Source of the DNA: Microcoleus sp.
Lineage (GTDB): Bacteria > Cyanobacteriota > Cyanobacteriia > Cyanobacteriales > Microcoleaceae
DNA length: 64,000 nt
Direction of reading: 5' to 3'
Assembly (NCBI GenBank): GCA_052279835.1
Contig: CP181291.1
Location: 1,472,001-1,536,000, forward strand
Shown: piece by piece, positions 18,794 through 30,133 of the stretch
Numbering within the stretch: the first letter of the stretch is position 1
Layout: the number at the start of each line of letters is the position of its first letter
The notes under the pieces: model-generated
The model's input: only the letters and a program-made list of their open reading frames with translations
The model's database searches: none
Told to the model about the DNA's origin: nothing
Position numbers and translations under genes: made by a program

Positions 18794-20038
18794 GTGACAG
18801 TCACACCCCTGCGTCTCACCACCGAAACCACCGAAACCGCCCAACGCCCCGACTCCCTCGGCAGATTTGGCAAGTTTGGCGGCAAATACGTCCCCGAAAC
18901 CCTGATGCCGGCTTTATTTGAACTCGAAGCCGCTTTCCACAAATACCGCAGCGAACCCGAATTTCAACAGCAACTCCAACAATTGCTCAAAGATTATGTC
19001 GGCCGCCCCAGCCCATTGTATTTCGCTGAACGCCTCACGGAGCATTATGCTAAACCAGACGGGAGTGGCGCGCAAATTTACCTCAAACGGGAAGATTTAA
19101 ACCACACTGGTGCTCACAAAATTAACAATGCTTTGGCTCAAGCATTGCTAGCAAAACGCATGGGCAAAAAGCGCGTAATTGCGGAAACTGGTGCTGGTCA
19201 ACATGGCGTTGCTACTGCTACAGTTTGCGCTCGTTTCGGTATAGAATGCGTTGTCTACATGGGCGTTCATGACATGGAAAGACAGGCTTTAAATGTATTC
19301 AGAATGCGCTTGATGGGAGCGGAAGTTCGGGGTGTTTCTGCTGGTACTGGAACTCTCAAAGATGCTACTTCCGAAGCGATTCGCGATTGGGTAACAAATG
19401 TCGAAACAACTCATTACATTCTGGGTTCTGTGGCCGGCCCCCATCCTTACCCGATGATGGTGCGCGATTTCCATGCAATTATCGGTGAAGAAACCCGCGC
19501 TCAGTGTCTAGAAAAGTGGAATGGTTTGCCGGATATCTTATTAGCTTGTGTGGGCGGTGGTTCCAATGCTATGGGTCTTTTTCATGAGTTTGTTGGGGAA
19601 GAAACTGTGCGGTTAATTGGTGTTGAAGCGGCGGGAGAAGGTGTGGAAACTGATAAACACGCGGCTACTTTGACTAAGGGAACTGTGGGTGTTCTGCACG
19701 GGGCGATGAGTTATTTGTTGCAGGATAATGAGGGCCAAGTAATCGAGCCGCATTCGATTAGTGCTGGTTTGGATTATCCTGGTGTGGGGCCGGAACATAG
19801 TTATTTGAAGGATGTTGGTAGGGCTGAATATTATAGTGTTACTGATGCACAAGCTTTGGATGCTTTTCAACGGTTGTCGCAGTTGGAGGGGATTATTCCG
19901 GCTTTGGAAACTGCTCATGCGATCGCCTATTTGGAGACTCTTTGTCCGCAGTTAACCGGCCGTCCGCGGATTGTGCTTAACTGTTCTGGACGTGGTGACA
20001 AGGATGTCAACACTGTGGCGAAGGTTCTGAATATCTAG
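18794..20038 (+). CDS. trpB: Tryptophan synthase beta chain
   Basis: [30 protein letters not shown] (PLP lysine), [18 protein letters not shown] start at 18794 preferred. Confidence 0.97.
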   Translation: MTVTPLRLTTETTETAQRPDSLGRFGKFGGKYVPETLMPALFELEAAFHKYRSEPEFQQQLQQLLKDYVGRPSPLYFAERLTEHYAKPDGSGAQIYLKREDLNHTGAHKINNALAQALLAKRMGKKRVIAETGAGQHGVATATVCARFGIECVVYMGVHDMERQALNVFRMRLMGAEVRGVSAGTGTLKDATSEAIRDWVTNVETTHYILGSVAGPHPYPMMVRDFHAIIGEETRAQCLEKWNGLPDILLACVGGGSNAMGLFHEFVGEETVRLIGVEAAGEGVETDKHAATLTKGTVGVLHGAMSYLLQDNEGQVIEPHSISAGLDYPGVGPEHSYLKDVGRAEYYSVTDAQALDAFQRLSQLEGIIPALETAHAIAYLETLCPQLTGRPRIVLNCSGRGDKDVNTVAKVLNI

Positions 20039-20078
20039 TTTAACGGAATTTTGGGCGATCGCTCTGTAGGAATTAGTA

Positions 20079-20179
20079 AGATTATGTCCGGTTAAGATTA
20101 CCCGGCGGTTGAAACCGCGTCTACACAAACGAAGTCCGCGCAACGCGAGACTGAAAGAGTGATTAACCGGACATAATCT
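20079..20179. mobile_element. ~100-bp MITE
   Basis: Perfect 17-bp TIR AGATTATGTCCGGTTAA / TTAACCGGACATAATCT. Confidence 0.75.
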
Positions 20180-20209
20180 AACAATTTAGTTTATTTATTG
20201 TTGTAAGTA

Positions 20210-20716
20210 ATGTACAAATCTTTGGTTTTAATGTCTCTAGTATTCCTAGCAATCCTGCCTAATTGTTCCCAAGTTATTCCTACAGAATCGCCACCACAAA
20301 ATTCCATGAATACTAATCTGGCTTCTAGCTCAATTGCTGATTTAGAAACAGCGGTAAACGAACAAGTTAATCAATATCGAGCATCTAAGAAGTTGCCGCC
20401 ACTTAGTATCGATCCGCGAATTACTAAGCAAGCTAGGATTCATAGCGAAAATATGGCGAGTGGGAAGGTTAAGTTTAGCCACGACGGGTTTGAGGGGCGG
20501 GCTAAGGCGATCGCGATTCCCTATCAAAGTGTAGCTGAAAATGTGGCTTACAATATGGGCTTCAGTGACCCGGTACGCAATGCTGTTGATGGTTGGATTA
20601 AGAGTGATGGCCACCGCAAGAATATGGAGGGTCAGTTTAATTTGACTGGGATTGGGATTGCGAAAAATGCGAAAGGGGAGTATTATTTTACTCAGCTTTT
20701 TGTCCGCAGTCGATAA
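20210..20716 (+). CDS. CAP/SCP-domain secreted protein
   Basis: Signal peptide; NQYR..HSENMA..FSH..AENVA..W..SDGHRKNM..GIGIA..YFTQLF. Confidence 0.92.
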   Translation: MYKSLVLMSLVFLAILPNCSQVIPTESPPQNSMNTNLASSSIADLETAVNEQVNQYRASKKLPPLSIDPRITKQARIHSENMASGKVKFSHDGFEGRAKAIAIPYQSVAENVAYNMGFSDPVRNAVDGWIKSDGHRKNMEGQFNLTGIGIAKNAKGEYYFTQLFVRSR

Positions 20717-20719
20717 GAA

Positions 20720-20880
20720 CCCCCCCCTACCCCCCCCAAGGGGGGAAAAGAAGGAAGAAGGAAGAAGGAAGAAGGAAGAAGGAAGAAGGAAGAAAGTTTT
20801 AATTTAACTGCAAATGCCCAATGACCAATGCTCTTCGGCCCAATGCCCAATGCCCCATGCCCAATGCCCCATGCCCAATT
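20720..20880. repeat. C/G palindrome plus (GAAGAAG)n and (ATGCCCA/C)n heptamer STRRs
   Basis: Tandem heptamers read directly. Confidence 0.8.
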
Positions 20881-20894
20881 ACCAATTCTCAATA

Positions 20895-21524
20895 ATGGAA
20901 TTTCCAAATTTTCAAGTGTGCGATCGCGATCTGCCCGATTCTCTGTTATCTTACTATTTGACCGCAGGGGCGATCGCTGTTGATACCGAAACAATGGGTT
21001 TGATGCCCTGGCGCGATCGCCTGTGTTTGGTGCAGTTGTGCAACCCGGAAGGTAAAGTTGTCGCGATCAAAATTGCTAAAGGCCAAAAAGAAGCGCCGAA
21101 TTTAAAGAAATTAATGGAAGCTGAGAATATTGAAAAAGTATTTCACTTTGCCCGCTTCGATATGGCAACAATGCGTTACAATTTAGGGATTGACATTGCC
21201 CCGGTTTTCTGCAATAAAATAGCTAGTAAACTTGCGAGAACTTATACCAACAGACACGGACTGAAAGAAGTAATTCTTGAACTGGAAAAGGTAGAATTAA
21301 ATAAAACTTCTCAAAGTTCCGATTGGGGAAATTTTGACAATCTTTCAGAGGAACAACTGCGATATGCTGGGAACGATGTCCTCTATTTGTTGAGTGCTAA
21401 ACAGAAGTTGATGGCGATGTTGCAGCGAGAGGAACGTTGGGAAGTTGCACAGCAATGTTTTCAGTGTTTGCCCGTTTTTGTAAGTTTGGATTTATTGCAA
21501 TACAAAGATGTTTTCGAGCACTGA
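20895..21524 (+). CDS. RNase D-like 3'-5' exonuclease
   Basis: AVDTETMGL..RDRLCLVQL, KVFHFARFD, QSSDWG, YAGNDV; the upstream ORF extension is STRR-derived. Confidence 0.9.
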   Translation: MEFPNFQVCDRDLPDSLLSYYLTAGAIAVDTETMGLMPWRDRLCLVQLCNPEGKVVAIKIAKGQKEAPNLKKLMEAENIEKVFHFARFDMATMRYNLGIDIAPVFCNKIASKLARTYTNRHGLKEVILELEKVELNKTSQSSDWGNFDNLSEEQLRYAGNDVLYLLSAKQKLMAMLQREERWEVAQQCFQCLPVFVSLDLLQYKDVFEH

Positions 21525-21661
21525 TGATGTACTGGTGTATTGGTTCCTAGGCTGTTCCTAGAAACCCAGATGCTTTGGCTGTGCCTCCTGTTTTCGTGGT
21601 AGCTTGGGGCGAGGCAGAGCAACAGTGACATCGGTTCCCAGGCTCTTCCTCGGAACCAGTT

Positions 21662-21766
21662 ATATCAATTCCGGTTGTATGGGAATGATTAAACCTTACT
21701 AGGACACAGAGGACACAGAGAAAGAGAAGAGAGAAATAATAATTCCGATGTCAACGGATTTGATAT
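21662..21766. mobile_element. MITE-like element
   Basis: Imperfect TIR ATATCAATTCCG / CGGATTTGATAT; related end at about 26998. Confidence 0.55.
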
Positions 21767-21804
21767 TGAGAGCACCTCATATTACTGAGAAAGGCTATAT
21801 ATTA

Positions 21805-22903
21805 TTATTCAAGATGATGTTGGTGCATCAAGGCTTCTATTTGATCGTCAACATTTCTAATTACCTTTTCCAAGGCCGGTAAACCATCTAAGGGTAAGGG
21901 AGCAAGTCGAGTGCGATCGCGAATTTGATTTACTTTTCGCTGCAATTCCTGAGCTAATTTTAGTGCATCCCGACTCAAATTAGACAACTGTTGCTGCTCA
22001 TAAAACCTCAAAGCAGCCCCCCGCAACACTTGCAGCGTCGCTTCTTCACCGCCGTTGGCAGGCATCACCCGCAAGCGCAATAACAAATGAGTTTCTTGAT
22101 AAATTCGCTCAACTTCCACCTGTTTCTATGTGTTCTACCCGACTCACAGGCATATCTGTCACCCGCTTCAACTCGTCGATGACTTCTTGAAACAATAGAG
22201 GATTGATATCTTCAAGCATTGATTTCAAAATGCCGTCTTGACTCCACAGAATCCGGCCTTGCAACGGCTGTCGCTCAAAAAACAGGCGGCCGATACCTTC
22301 TAGTAATATTTTGCCAAGCAATTCATGCAGCAATTGTCGCGCGGGTAATTTTGCCAAAAGTTCCATGGGACTTGACAAGTGCAAGGGTTCTATCTCCAAA
22401 ACTTGCAACCGAATTTCTGGGTAGGAAACCTCAGAAGAAGCTGGTTTAATTACTTTTGGCGCAGGTTTTAAGCGCAAGCTAGTGGAAGGTTCAGGTTCTG
22501 CCCCTGACTGCACTGTTTCTACTTTTGGGGGGGAATTTAACGTTGTCTTGTTCTCCAGAGTGGGATTCGTCTGGATAGAAGCTGCTGTGGTGGCTGTGGG
22601 CACTCCTTCTCTTGGTTGGTTAGCGTGCAGCAAGTACGCTGAGAGCATTGAGTGCTGGGTTTCTGATGAAAGTTGCTCCGTGGTGACAGAGCAATTCATG
22701 TAAGCTAAAATTCGCTGTACGTAGTCTAAAGCCGAGTCATCTTGTAGATCGACTACGCCCAGTTTTAATATATTACCTTCTAGAGATAGAGGCAAAACTT
22801 GATAGTAAAGACAGGCTTCAAAGGGGACAACCGTATCGATTAATGAAAATATTCGATCGGTGTTGATGACCGTCGCTGAGTTTGTTGGAGATGTGTATAC
22901 CAT
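21805..22903 (-). pseudogene. GspE/PilB N-terminal-like protein split by a frameshift near 22125
   Basis: IDTVVPFEACLYYQVLPL..LKLGVVD; the frame ends HIETGGS* while the adjacent frame continues KQVEVERIYQ..LLRLRVMP..ATLQVLRGAAL. Confidence 0.65.
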
Positions 22904-23460
22904 TAGTCAATAAGTAATAGTCGGGGACAAGCGCGATCGCGCTTTTTGCGACACACCAACCTCATCCATCAAATTAAACGCTGTAACTTCCCTGACAGGG
23001 CATAAGTCTGAAGCCTGAATGTTCTTTTGAATAAAAATCGTGAGTCCAAGTCGCCCCTGGGATCGATCCTCCGATCTTAAGAGAGTTTTGCGACTAATTC
23101 ACAAGTTTTAAATATGCACCACAACTGATAATTTATAGACAACCGCTTCAATTGACTTCAAATCATTATTTGTCAGGGCCCACATTTGGCAGCATCGCGC
23201 GGAGGCGTTGCTTGCTAGATACGTGAGTGTAATAGTTAATTTAGGATTAGGTAGAAAATCCTGAGAAGTCGATCGTGCTGCTAGTATCTTATCCTACCAA
23301 GCAGTAGTCGCAGTTAATTGCTCACAGTTAAGCGATCGCGATCGTGTCACTTTTAATTTAGCTATTGACATAAAATAAACCGGAGCCGGAACTGATTTGT
23401 ATCGAGCATAGAAGCAAAATGTAACAACTAATTAACTATTAGCAATGGTCTGCAACAGAT

Positions 23461-24594
23461 TCAGGAGCGATCGTTGCGAAGAGATTGAGCTGCTAAATAG
23501 AGTTTAGTCCACTCGCCGATCACCTGATTGGTTTTCAATTTCAGTTCAGAGGCGATCGTCTCTACACTTTTACCTGCTTTGAGCGATTCTATCAAGTGCC
23601 GTTGAGCATCCGTCAGGTTTTGCCAATATTGCTCCCACTGACTAGGAGTCAAACCCAAACTGTGTTCTTGCAGGGAAGTTTCCAGCCAACTAGCGACTAA
23701 TTGGGGGGATTGTTTGACTGCGAACACCCGAATCGCATGGTAGCTGACTTTTTCTCGCAACCGATAAATTTGCTTGATCGGAACATTCAAAGCTTCGGCG
23801 ATGGCTTCCTGGGAACGCCCTTGCAGGTACAGCCGCAGCCACTGAGAGGCCAGCGGATCGACTTGGGCGGCCAAATAAGCCTCAAACTCTGCTTGGACAA
23901 TCTGCCGCTGAGCTTGCCGTTCCTCCCAAGCTTGAGTGTCAAGATAGTCAGACATCGCCTGTTCGTCCAGTAGGCTGACAGGTTCATCTGTCTCATCCGG
24001 TAGTACCTGTTCCGACACCAGCCGCACCCAGTCTCCTGCTGGGACTTGGGTTAAGCCGCCCCGCTGGGAACGCCGCAGGTAGTTGACAAAACGATACACC
24101 AGCAGTGGCTGGTTGCGGATGGGGCGCAAACAATATTCTTCTACAGTTGCTAGCAGCAAAGAATTTCGCAAGCGTCTATCTGAGGTACATTCAGCAATCC
24201 AGGCGATTTGCTGCTGAAGATATCGATCGGAATTGAGCATTTCCTGGATCACTTCTTGCAGCACATCCACCACACTCCGCTGTCTGTCGCGACTCAAAGA
24301 CACCCACGCTTGGATTTTTTGTCGCAACACCACCAAACCGCCCAGTCGCCCGATCAAGTTGCGGTAAGCTTGTTCTGGCGGCAATCCCAGATACCGAGAA
24401 ATCAAAATTCGATACAAAAAGTCGATCGCCCCAGTGGCGATCGCCAATTGAGTAGGATGGAGTGTGTCAAATCTATCTGGCTGGTGTCCCAACAGCCAGC
24501 GAACCACACTCTGGTGAGTGCTCGAATTTTCGTCCTGGCAATCTTTTTCCAGTCGAGACTTCCAATCTTGTGCTAGTTTTTCGGCCAAAGTCAT
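23461..24594 (-). CDS. HetZ-related protein (sigma-like C-terminal HTH)
   Basis: QSVVRWLLG, RQRSVVDVLQEVIQEML, RFVNYLRRSQRGG, LYLQGRSQEAIAEAL..YRLREK. Confidence 0.75.
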   Translation of the reverse strand: MTLAEKLAQDWKSRLEKDCQDENSSTHQSVVRWLLGHQPDRFDTLHPTQLAIATGAIDFLYRILISRYLGLPPEQAYRNLIGRLGGLVVLRQKIQAWVSLSRDRQRSVVDVLQEVIQEMLNSDRYLQQQIAWIAECTSDRRLRNSLLLATVEEYCLRPIRNQPLLVYRFVNYLRRSQRGGLTQVPAGDWVRLVSEQVLPDETDEPVSLLDEQAMSDYLDTQAWEERQAQRQIVQAEFEAYLAAQVDPLASQWLRLYLQGRSQEAIAEALNVPIKQIYRLREKVSYHAIRVFAVKQSPQLVASWLETSLQEHSLGLTPSQWEQYWQNLTDAQRHLIESLKAGKSVETIASELKLKTNQVIGEWTKLYLAAQSLRNDRS

Positions 24595-24739
24595 GTGCTG
24601 CTGAGATATGATCTTTCTCCCCGATTTTACGTGGTATGCTGAATTTTTGAGTCTTTTGGAGATATACGATCGTGTAGGAGGGCAACGCCCACGCGCGATC
24701 CGATAAATTACCTTAAACTAAATTCCATTACGGTGCGAT

Positions 24740-26959
24740 ATGGCTGCATTTTTATTAGAACTCGGTACAGAAGAATTACCCGCCTCCTTCGTCTGCGATA
24801 GTACCCAACAATGGCAGCGATTGATATCTGCAACCCTGGCGGAACAATTCTTGACAAACGACTCTGTTCATGTATACGCAACTCCGAGACGTTTGGCCGT
24901 TCTCGTAACAGGACTGCCACTTCAACAATTAGACAGAGAAGAAGAGGTAAAAGGCCCCCCCGCTAGTTCCGCTTTTAAAGATGGGAAACCGACGAAAGCA
25001 GCCGAAGGTTTTGCCAAAAAGCAGGGTGTGGAAATAGAGGCTTTGGAAGTTCGCGCCACAGATAAGGGCGATTTTGTATTTGTCCTTAAAAAAATTCCGG
25101 GGCGGACGACAGCGGATATTTTGGCGGAACTTGTGCCCCTGTGGATTAACAAATTGGAAGGTAAAAGATTCATGCGGTGGGCCGACGGAGATTTAAAGTT
25201 TCCGCGCCCGATTCGATCGCTAGTAGCGCTACTTGATGATACTGTACTGCCAATTACATTAGTCAGCGGTTCGGATACAGTCAAGAGCGATCGAATTTCC
25301 CAAGGACACCGAGTTTTGTACACCCCCCCTACACCCCCCCTTACTCAGGGGGAGACATCGACTCCTACACCCCCCCTTAGTAAGGGGGGGACGGGGGGGG
25401 TTTCCATTCCCCAAGCCGAGGATTATGTCCAATGTCTGCGCGCAGCTTACGTTGAAGTCGATCGCCAACAGCGCAAAAATCAAATTCAAGCCCAAGTAGA
25501 AGCAGCAGCCACAAAACAAGGCGGTTACGCAGACATCAGCGATGATTTGCTAGAAGAAGTAACCGACTTAGTGGAATGGCCAAACGCCGTAGTCGGCAAA
25601 TTTGACGACGAATTTTTGATATTACCACCGGAAGTAATCACCACAATTATTGTCACCAACCAGCGGTATTTTCCCATCCTCAAAAATCCTCAATACCCCG
25701 AACTTTTACCCTACTTCATTACTATTTCTAACGGCGATCCAGCCAAATCAGCCATCATTGCCGCCGGCAACGAGCGAGTAGTGCGCGCCCGATTAGCAGA
25801 CGGTCAATTTTTCTACAAAGCAGACTTGGCAAAACCTTTAGAAGATTATTTGCCCAAATTAGAAACAGTCACTTTCCAGGAAGATTTGGGGACTGTACGC
25901 GCCAAAGTCGATCGCCTGTGCAAAATAGCCCGTCTCCTGGTCAACCAACTGCAAATCCCTGAGACAGAGCAAGCCGATGTCACCAGAGCAGCCTTACTTT
26001 GCAAAGCAGACCTAGTAACCCAAATGGTTTACGAACTGCCCGAAATGCAAGGAATCATGGGGCAGAAATACGCCCTAGCCAGCGGCGAATCGGAAGCAGT
26101 AGCCACAGCGATTTTTGAACATTATTTGCCCAAAGGTGCAGGCGACAATTTGCCCCAAACTCTGACAGGTCAAATTGTCGGAATCGCAGACAAACTAGAT
26201 ACATTAGTCAGCATCTTCGGCTTAGGAATGTTGCCGACAGGTTCCTCCGATCCCTTTGCCTTGCGCCGCGCCGCCAATGCGATAATTAACATTATTTGGG
26301 TGGCTCAGTTGTCAGTAAATTTACACAAATTACTCGCGCAAGTAGTAGCCGAATTTACCGCAGCGCGCCCGGAAACCAGCCCGGAATTACTGTCACAATT
26401 ATCAGAATTTTTCCTGCAAAGAATTCGGACTTTGCTGGAAGAAGAAAAGAATGTCGATTACGATTTGGTGAATGCTGTTTTGGGAGAAAACGACCCCGAA
26501 TATACCGAACGAGCATTAAGAGATTTGTTAGATGCACTGGAAAGAGCCATGTTCCTGCAACAAATCCGCAACAATCATACATTGGATACAATCTACGAGA
26601 CAGTCAACCGTTCAACTCGTTTGGCCGCTCAAGGAGAGTTGGATAAAATCCAATTGGAACCCAAAACAGCGGTGAAACCAGAATTATTTCAAAAATCGTC
26701 CGAACAAGCTTTTTACGACGCAGTAGTCCAATTAGTGCCACAAACCAAACTATCCAAGCAAACTCGGAATTATCAACTATTAGTAGATAGTTTAACTCAA
26801 ATAGCTCCGACTGTCAGCGACTTTTTCGACGGGCCAGAAAGCGTTTTGGTGATGGATTCTGACCCCGAAATCAAACGAAATCGGTTGAATTTATTAGGAT
26901 TGTTGCGGAATCACGCGCGGGTGCTAGCAGACTTTGGGGCGATCGTCAATCGATCTTAG
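24740..26959 (+). CDS. glyS: Glycyl-tRNA synthetase beta subunit (with in-frame repeat insertion)
   Basis: [52 protein letters not shown]. Confidence 0.97.
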   Translation: MAAFLLELGTEELPASFVCDSTQQWQRLISATLAEQFLTNDSVHVYATPRRLAVLVTGLPLQQLDREEEVKGPPASSAFKDGKPTKAAEGFAKKQGVEIEALEVRATDKGDFVFVLKKIPGRTTADILAELVPLWINKLEGKRFMRWADGDLKFPRPIRSLVALLDDTVLPITLVSGSDTVKSDRISQGHRVLYTPPTPPLTQGETSTPTPPLSKGGTGGVSIPQAEDYVQCLRAAYVEVDRQQRKNQIQAQVEAAATKQGGYADISDDLLEEVTDLVEWPNAVVGKFDDEFLILPPEVITTIIVTNQRYFPILKNPQYPELLPYFITISNGDPAKSAIIAAGNERVVRARLADGQFFYKADLAKPLEDYLPKLETVTFQEDLGTVRAKVDRLCKIARLLVNQLQIPETEQADVTRAALLCKADLVTQMVYELPEMQGIMGQKYALASGESEAVATAIFEHYLPKGAGDNLPQTLTGQIVGIADKLDTLVSIFGLGMLPTGSSDPFALRRAANAIINIIWVAQLSVNLHKLLAQVVAEFTAARPETSPELLSQLSEFFLQRIRTLLEEEKNVDYDLVNAVLGENDPEYTERALRDLLDALERAMFLQQIRNNHTLDTIYETVNRSTRLAAQGELDKIQLEPKTAVKPELFQKSSEQAFYDAVVQLVPQTKLSKQTRNYQLLVDSLTQIAPTVSDFFDGPESVLVMDSDPEIKRNRLNLLGLLRNHARVLADFGAIVNRS

Positions 26960-27143
26960 AAAGCCAATTTGAGAAAGTCGCCAAACCTTTTGATGTAATA
27001 TCAAATCCATTGGCATAGGAAACATCAATCTCTCTCATCTCCCCCTCTGTGTCCTCTGCGCTCTCTGCGGTTAAATAATCCCAAAAAAACCGTAACCCAT
27101 ACAAAAGGAAAAAACCAGCAAAATTCGCTCTATCACACAAATT

Positions 27144-28490
27144 ATGCCGATCGCTCATATCATAGGACTAGGAAAATCAGGAATAGCAGCAGCCAGACTG
27201 CTAAAACGGGAAGGATGGGAAGTAACATTGAGCGATCGCTCATCTTCCCCAAACTTACTCAAACAGCAACAAGAACTAGCTCTCGAAGAGATTAAAGTAG
27301 AGTTAGGTAAATCTTTTCAACCAGACGAATCTATACAACTAATAGTAGTAAGTCCCGGAGTTCCCTGGGACATTCCAGCATTAATCCAAGCCAGAAAATT
27401 AGGGATTGAAACCATCGGAGAAATGGAACTAGCATGGCGCTATCTCAAATCTCCGTGGGTGGGAATTACCGGCACTAACGGGAAAACTACAACTACAGCT
27501 TTAATCGCAGCAATTTTTGCAGAAGCTGGACTCTATGCACCAGCTTGTGGCAACATAGGGTATGCTGCGTGCGAATTAGCCTTAGCCGAAAAACAGCCAG
27601 ATTGGGTAATAGCAGAAATCAGCAGCTATCAAATAGAATCTTCCTCATCTCTAGCACCGCGAATTGGGATTTGGACGACTTTCACACCGGATCATCTCAG
27701 CCGCCATAAAACTTTAGAAAATTACTACAATATTAAAGCCAAATTGCTGAAAAAATCCCAATTCCAAGTGTTGAACGGCGACGATCCGTATTTGCGGCAA
27801 CAAGGAGTTGACCACTGGCCCGATGCGTGTTGGACAAGCGTCAAAGGTGAAACAGAACTGTTAGGAAATAAAGATTTTGGGGCTTACATTAAAGACGGTT
27901 GGGTAATCGCTCAAAACCAGCAAATTCTGCCCGCTGATGCTTTGAAAATGGTGGGAGAACACAATTTGCAAAACTTGTTGATGGCGGTAGCAGCGGCTAA
28001 TTTGGCCCGAATCGATAAAAGTGCGATCGCCCAAGCCATTAGCAAATTCCCCGGAGTAGCCCACCGCCTCGAACACATCTGCACCTGGGAAGGCATAGAT
28101 TTCATCAACGACAGCAAAGCCACCAATTATGACGCCGCCCAAGTCGGATTAGCCTCAGTAAGCGCCCCAGCAATTTTAATTGCTGGTGGCGATCCAAAAG
28201 AAGGCGAAGATAGCGCCTGGATTGATACAATCAAAGCAAAAGCTGTTGGGGTGTTGTTAATTGGAGATGCTGCGGGTATTTTTAGCGATCGGCTAGAACA
28301 AGCAAATTACAACGCATGGGAAATCGTAGAAACAATGGAAAGAGCAATTAAAAGAGCAGCAGAACTAGGCAAACAAAATAATGCAAAAGTAGTCCTGCTT
28401 TCCCCAGCCTGTGCTAGCTTCGATCAATACCAAAACTTTGAGGAACGGGGCGACCATTTCCGGCAATTATGCCTCGATACCCTAGCTTAG
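27144..28490 (+). CDS. murD: UDP-MurNAc-L-Ala:D-Glu ligase
   Basis: [48 protein letters not shown]. Confidence 0.97.
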   Translation: MPIAHIIGLGKSGIAAARLLKREGWEVTLSDRSSSPNLLKQQQELALEEIKVELGKSFQPDESIQLIVVSPGVPWDIPALIQARKLGIETIGEMELAWRYLKSPWVGITGTNGKTTTTALIAAIFAEAGLYAPACGNIGYAACELALAEKQPDWVIAEISSYQIESSSSLAPRIGIWTTFTPDHLSRHKTLENYYNIKAKLLKKSQFQVLNGDDPYLRQQGVDHWPDACWTSVKGETELLGNKDFGAYIKDGWVIAQNQQILPADALKMVGEHNLQNLLMAVAAANLARIDKSAIAQAISKFPGVAHRLEHICTWEGIDFINDSKATNYDAAQVGLASVSAPAILIAGGDPKEGEDSAWIDTIKAKAVGVLLIGDAAGIFSDRLEQANYNAWEIVETMERAIKRAAELGKQNNAKVVLLSPACASFDQYQNFEERGDHFRQLCLDTLA

Positions 28491-28522
28491 ATTGGCTTCG
28501 CAGTCAGGACTTTCGTCCTGAT

Positions 28523-28621
28523 TATATAGCAACTGCAAAGGCTGTTAAGGTATTTTGGTCATTGCTCCCTGCGACTCCGCTCAGGTAGCAATAACCAAAG
28601 CGCCTTTGCGACTGCTATATA
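28523..28621. mobile_element. MITE-like element
   Basis: TATATAGCAACTGCAAAGGC ... GCCTTTGCGACTGCTATATA imperfect TIR with TA ends. Confidence 0.6.
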
Positions 28622-28623
28622 TG

Positions 28624-28797
28624 TTAACCCACACCCAGCCAAATAGCTTTAATCCTATGCTGCTGTTCCCATTCTAGTCCATGAAAAACTACCATCATTT
28701 CCTCATGAGTGAAATCAATAATGATAGCGGCCAATTCAGCAGCAGTTGCCGCTTCCAACATGGCTTGTTTCAACTTGGTCATTACTTGTCGATCCAT
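28624..28797 (-). CDS. Small hypothetical protein (57 aa)
   Basis: Read by hand: MDRQVMTKLKQAMLEAATAAELAAIIIDFTHEEMMVVFHGLEWEQQHRIKAIWLGVG; below the ORF-track cutoff. Confidence 0.4.
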   Translation of the reverse strand: MDRQVMTKLKQAMLEAATAAELAAIIIDFTHEEMMVVFHGLEWEQQHRIKAIWLGVG

Positions 28798-28850
28798 TAA
28801 CACTAAATCTTGAATAGTTGCCTCCCATTCATTTTAATAGTACCTGCAAA

Positions 28851-28971
28851 GGGTGCATCTGTGTTTTGCAAATATATTGGTAGGGGCGAAGCATGACCGC
28901 TGTAAATATCTGGCGATCGCTAATAAATTGTCTACGGTTATGCTTCGCCTATGCAAAATCGGAATGCTCCC
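28851..28971. mobile_element. 121-bp MITE with 8-bp target-site duplication
   Basis: Ends GGGTGCAT..TTTTGCA / TGCAAAA..ATGCTCCC; direct repeat CCTGCAAA at 28843-28850 and 28972-28979; internal GGCGAAGCAT/ATGCTTCGCC hairpin. Confidence 0.8.
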
Positions 28972-29002
28972 CCTGCAAACATCTTTTACGTTTGTATTGA
29001 GA

Positions 29003-29329
29003 CTAGGAATCGGTGTGGCACTTATTTATTGTGTCAAAATTGCGCGATGATATTTGAAACTCTGGGTTACAACTCTCAGAGCGCTTTTTTTTCTCAATCT
29101 CCAAAATTTTCACCTCCGAATTTAAACGCTGCTTCGATAAAACTTTAATTTCCTGTTCGAGTTGACGATTTCCCCGGATAAAAAAATCTTGAGAATTAGA
29201 ACGAAACAAACCGCTATTGATTTGCTGAAGTTGGCTGGGTGTCAACACTTGGGCTGACACAGCAACCGGAAATCCAAAAGATGCCACCAGCCACAAGCTA
29301 GGAATTATCTGTTTGAGAATTTTCTTCAT
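29003..29329 (-). CDS. Secreted hypothetical protein
   Basis: Signal peptide (..PVAVSA-Q); SQDFF..G..QLEQEI motif. Confidence 0.6.
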   Translation of the reverse strand: MKKILKQIIPSLWLVASFGFPVAVSAQVLTPSQLQQINSGLFRSNSQDFFIRGNRQLEQEIKVLSKQRLNSEVKILEIEKKKRSESCNPEFQISSRNFDTINKCHTDS

Positions 29330-29480
29330 GACTTTCCCTCGGATGTTTCACCTCAGTGGATTTTTCTGCTTCTGAGTTCATGGCTAATTCATCTTCTTCG
29401 GCAATTTTTTCTTGCCATTCAACAAGTTGTTGAAAAAGTTGGGGGCTAATTTGAAAGACAGGCTTATTGGTTTCTGACAT
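29298..29480 (-). CDS. Small hypothetical protein
   Basis: 60-aa ORF with GGAG RBS, overlapping the next gene. Confidence 0.45.
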   Translation of the reverse strand: MSETNKPVFQISPQLFQQLVEWQEKIAEEDELAMNSEAEKSTEVKHPRESHEENSQTDNS

Positions 29481-29565
29481 ATTTACTCCAAAAATTTAGG
29501 CGCTTGGGTAACAGGAAAATTCCAGGCTGAGCTAGGGAACGAGTAGAAACGAGATTAAGCTATGG

Positions 29566-29976
29566 TTAAAGCTTCAGAATCGACATGATGATGCCAGTGA
29601 AGGAACCGCCAAGTAAAGCTACAGTAGCTAAGGTACTAATTCCAAAACCCACGGCTCTTTTTTCGGCAGCTTGATAGTAACCCCAAGCAAATAAAATGCG
29701 TCCAATTATCCAAACTGCACCGATAGCAGCGGCAAAAATGGGGCTGATAAATTGCGCGCAGAGCCACAGGGATGGCAAAAATAATATCATTTGCTCTAAG
29801 GTGTTTTGCTGAACTCGCAATACTCTCTCAAAGTCTGGATTTCCTGTCACTTGGGGAGGAGAAACTTTGTATTTGAATCTAGCTCTACCGACGTTAATCG
29901 TGACAATAAAATAGAGTAATAGTGCTGAGGCGGTAACTAGGCTTGGCCAAAGTATGGCGTTTGTTTCTGCGATCAT
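29566..29976 (-). CDS. MAPEG-family membrane protein
   Basis: VGRARFKYKVSPP..FERVLRVQQNTLE..GRILFAWGY. Confidence 0.92.
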   Translation of the reverse strand: MIAETNAILWPSLVTASALLLYFIVTINVGRARFKYKVSPPQVTGNPDFERVLRVQQNTLEQMILFLPSLWLCAQFISPIFAAAIGAVWIIGRILFAWGYYQAAEKRAVGFGISTLATVALLGGSFTGIIMSILKL

Positions 29977-30133
29977 GATTCAGGTATGATTGGAGTAGAT
30001 ATCTTAATTATAAGGCAAACAGCAGAAGCCACCCCCCCTGCCCCCCCCAAGGGGGGAAAGTGGAAAGGGAAAGGGAAAGGGGGAACAGGGAACAGGGAAT
30101 CCCCATGCCCGATGCCCCATGCCCGATGCCCCA

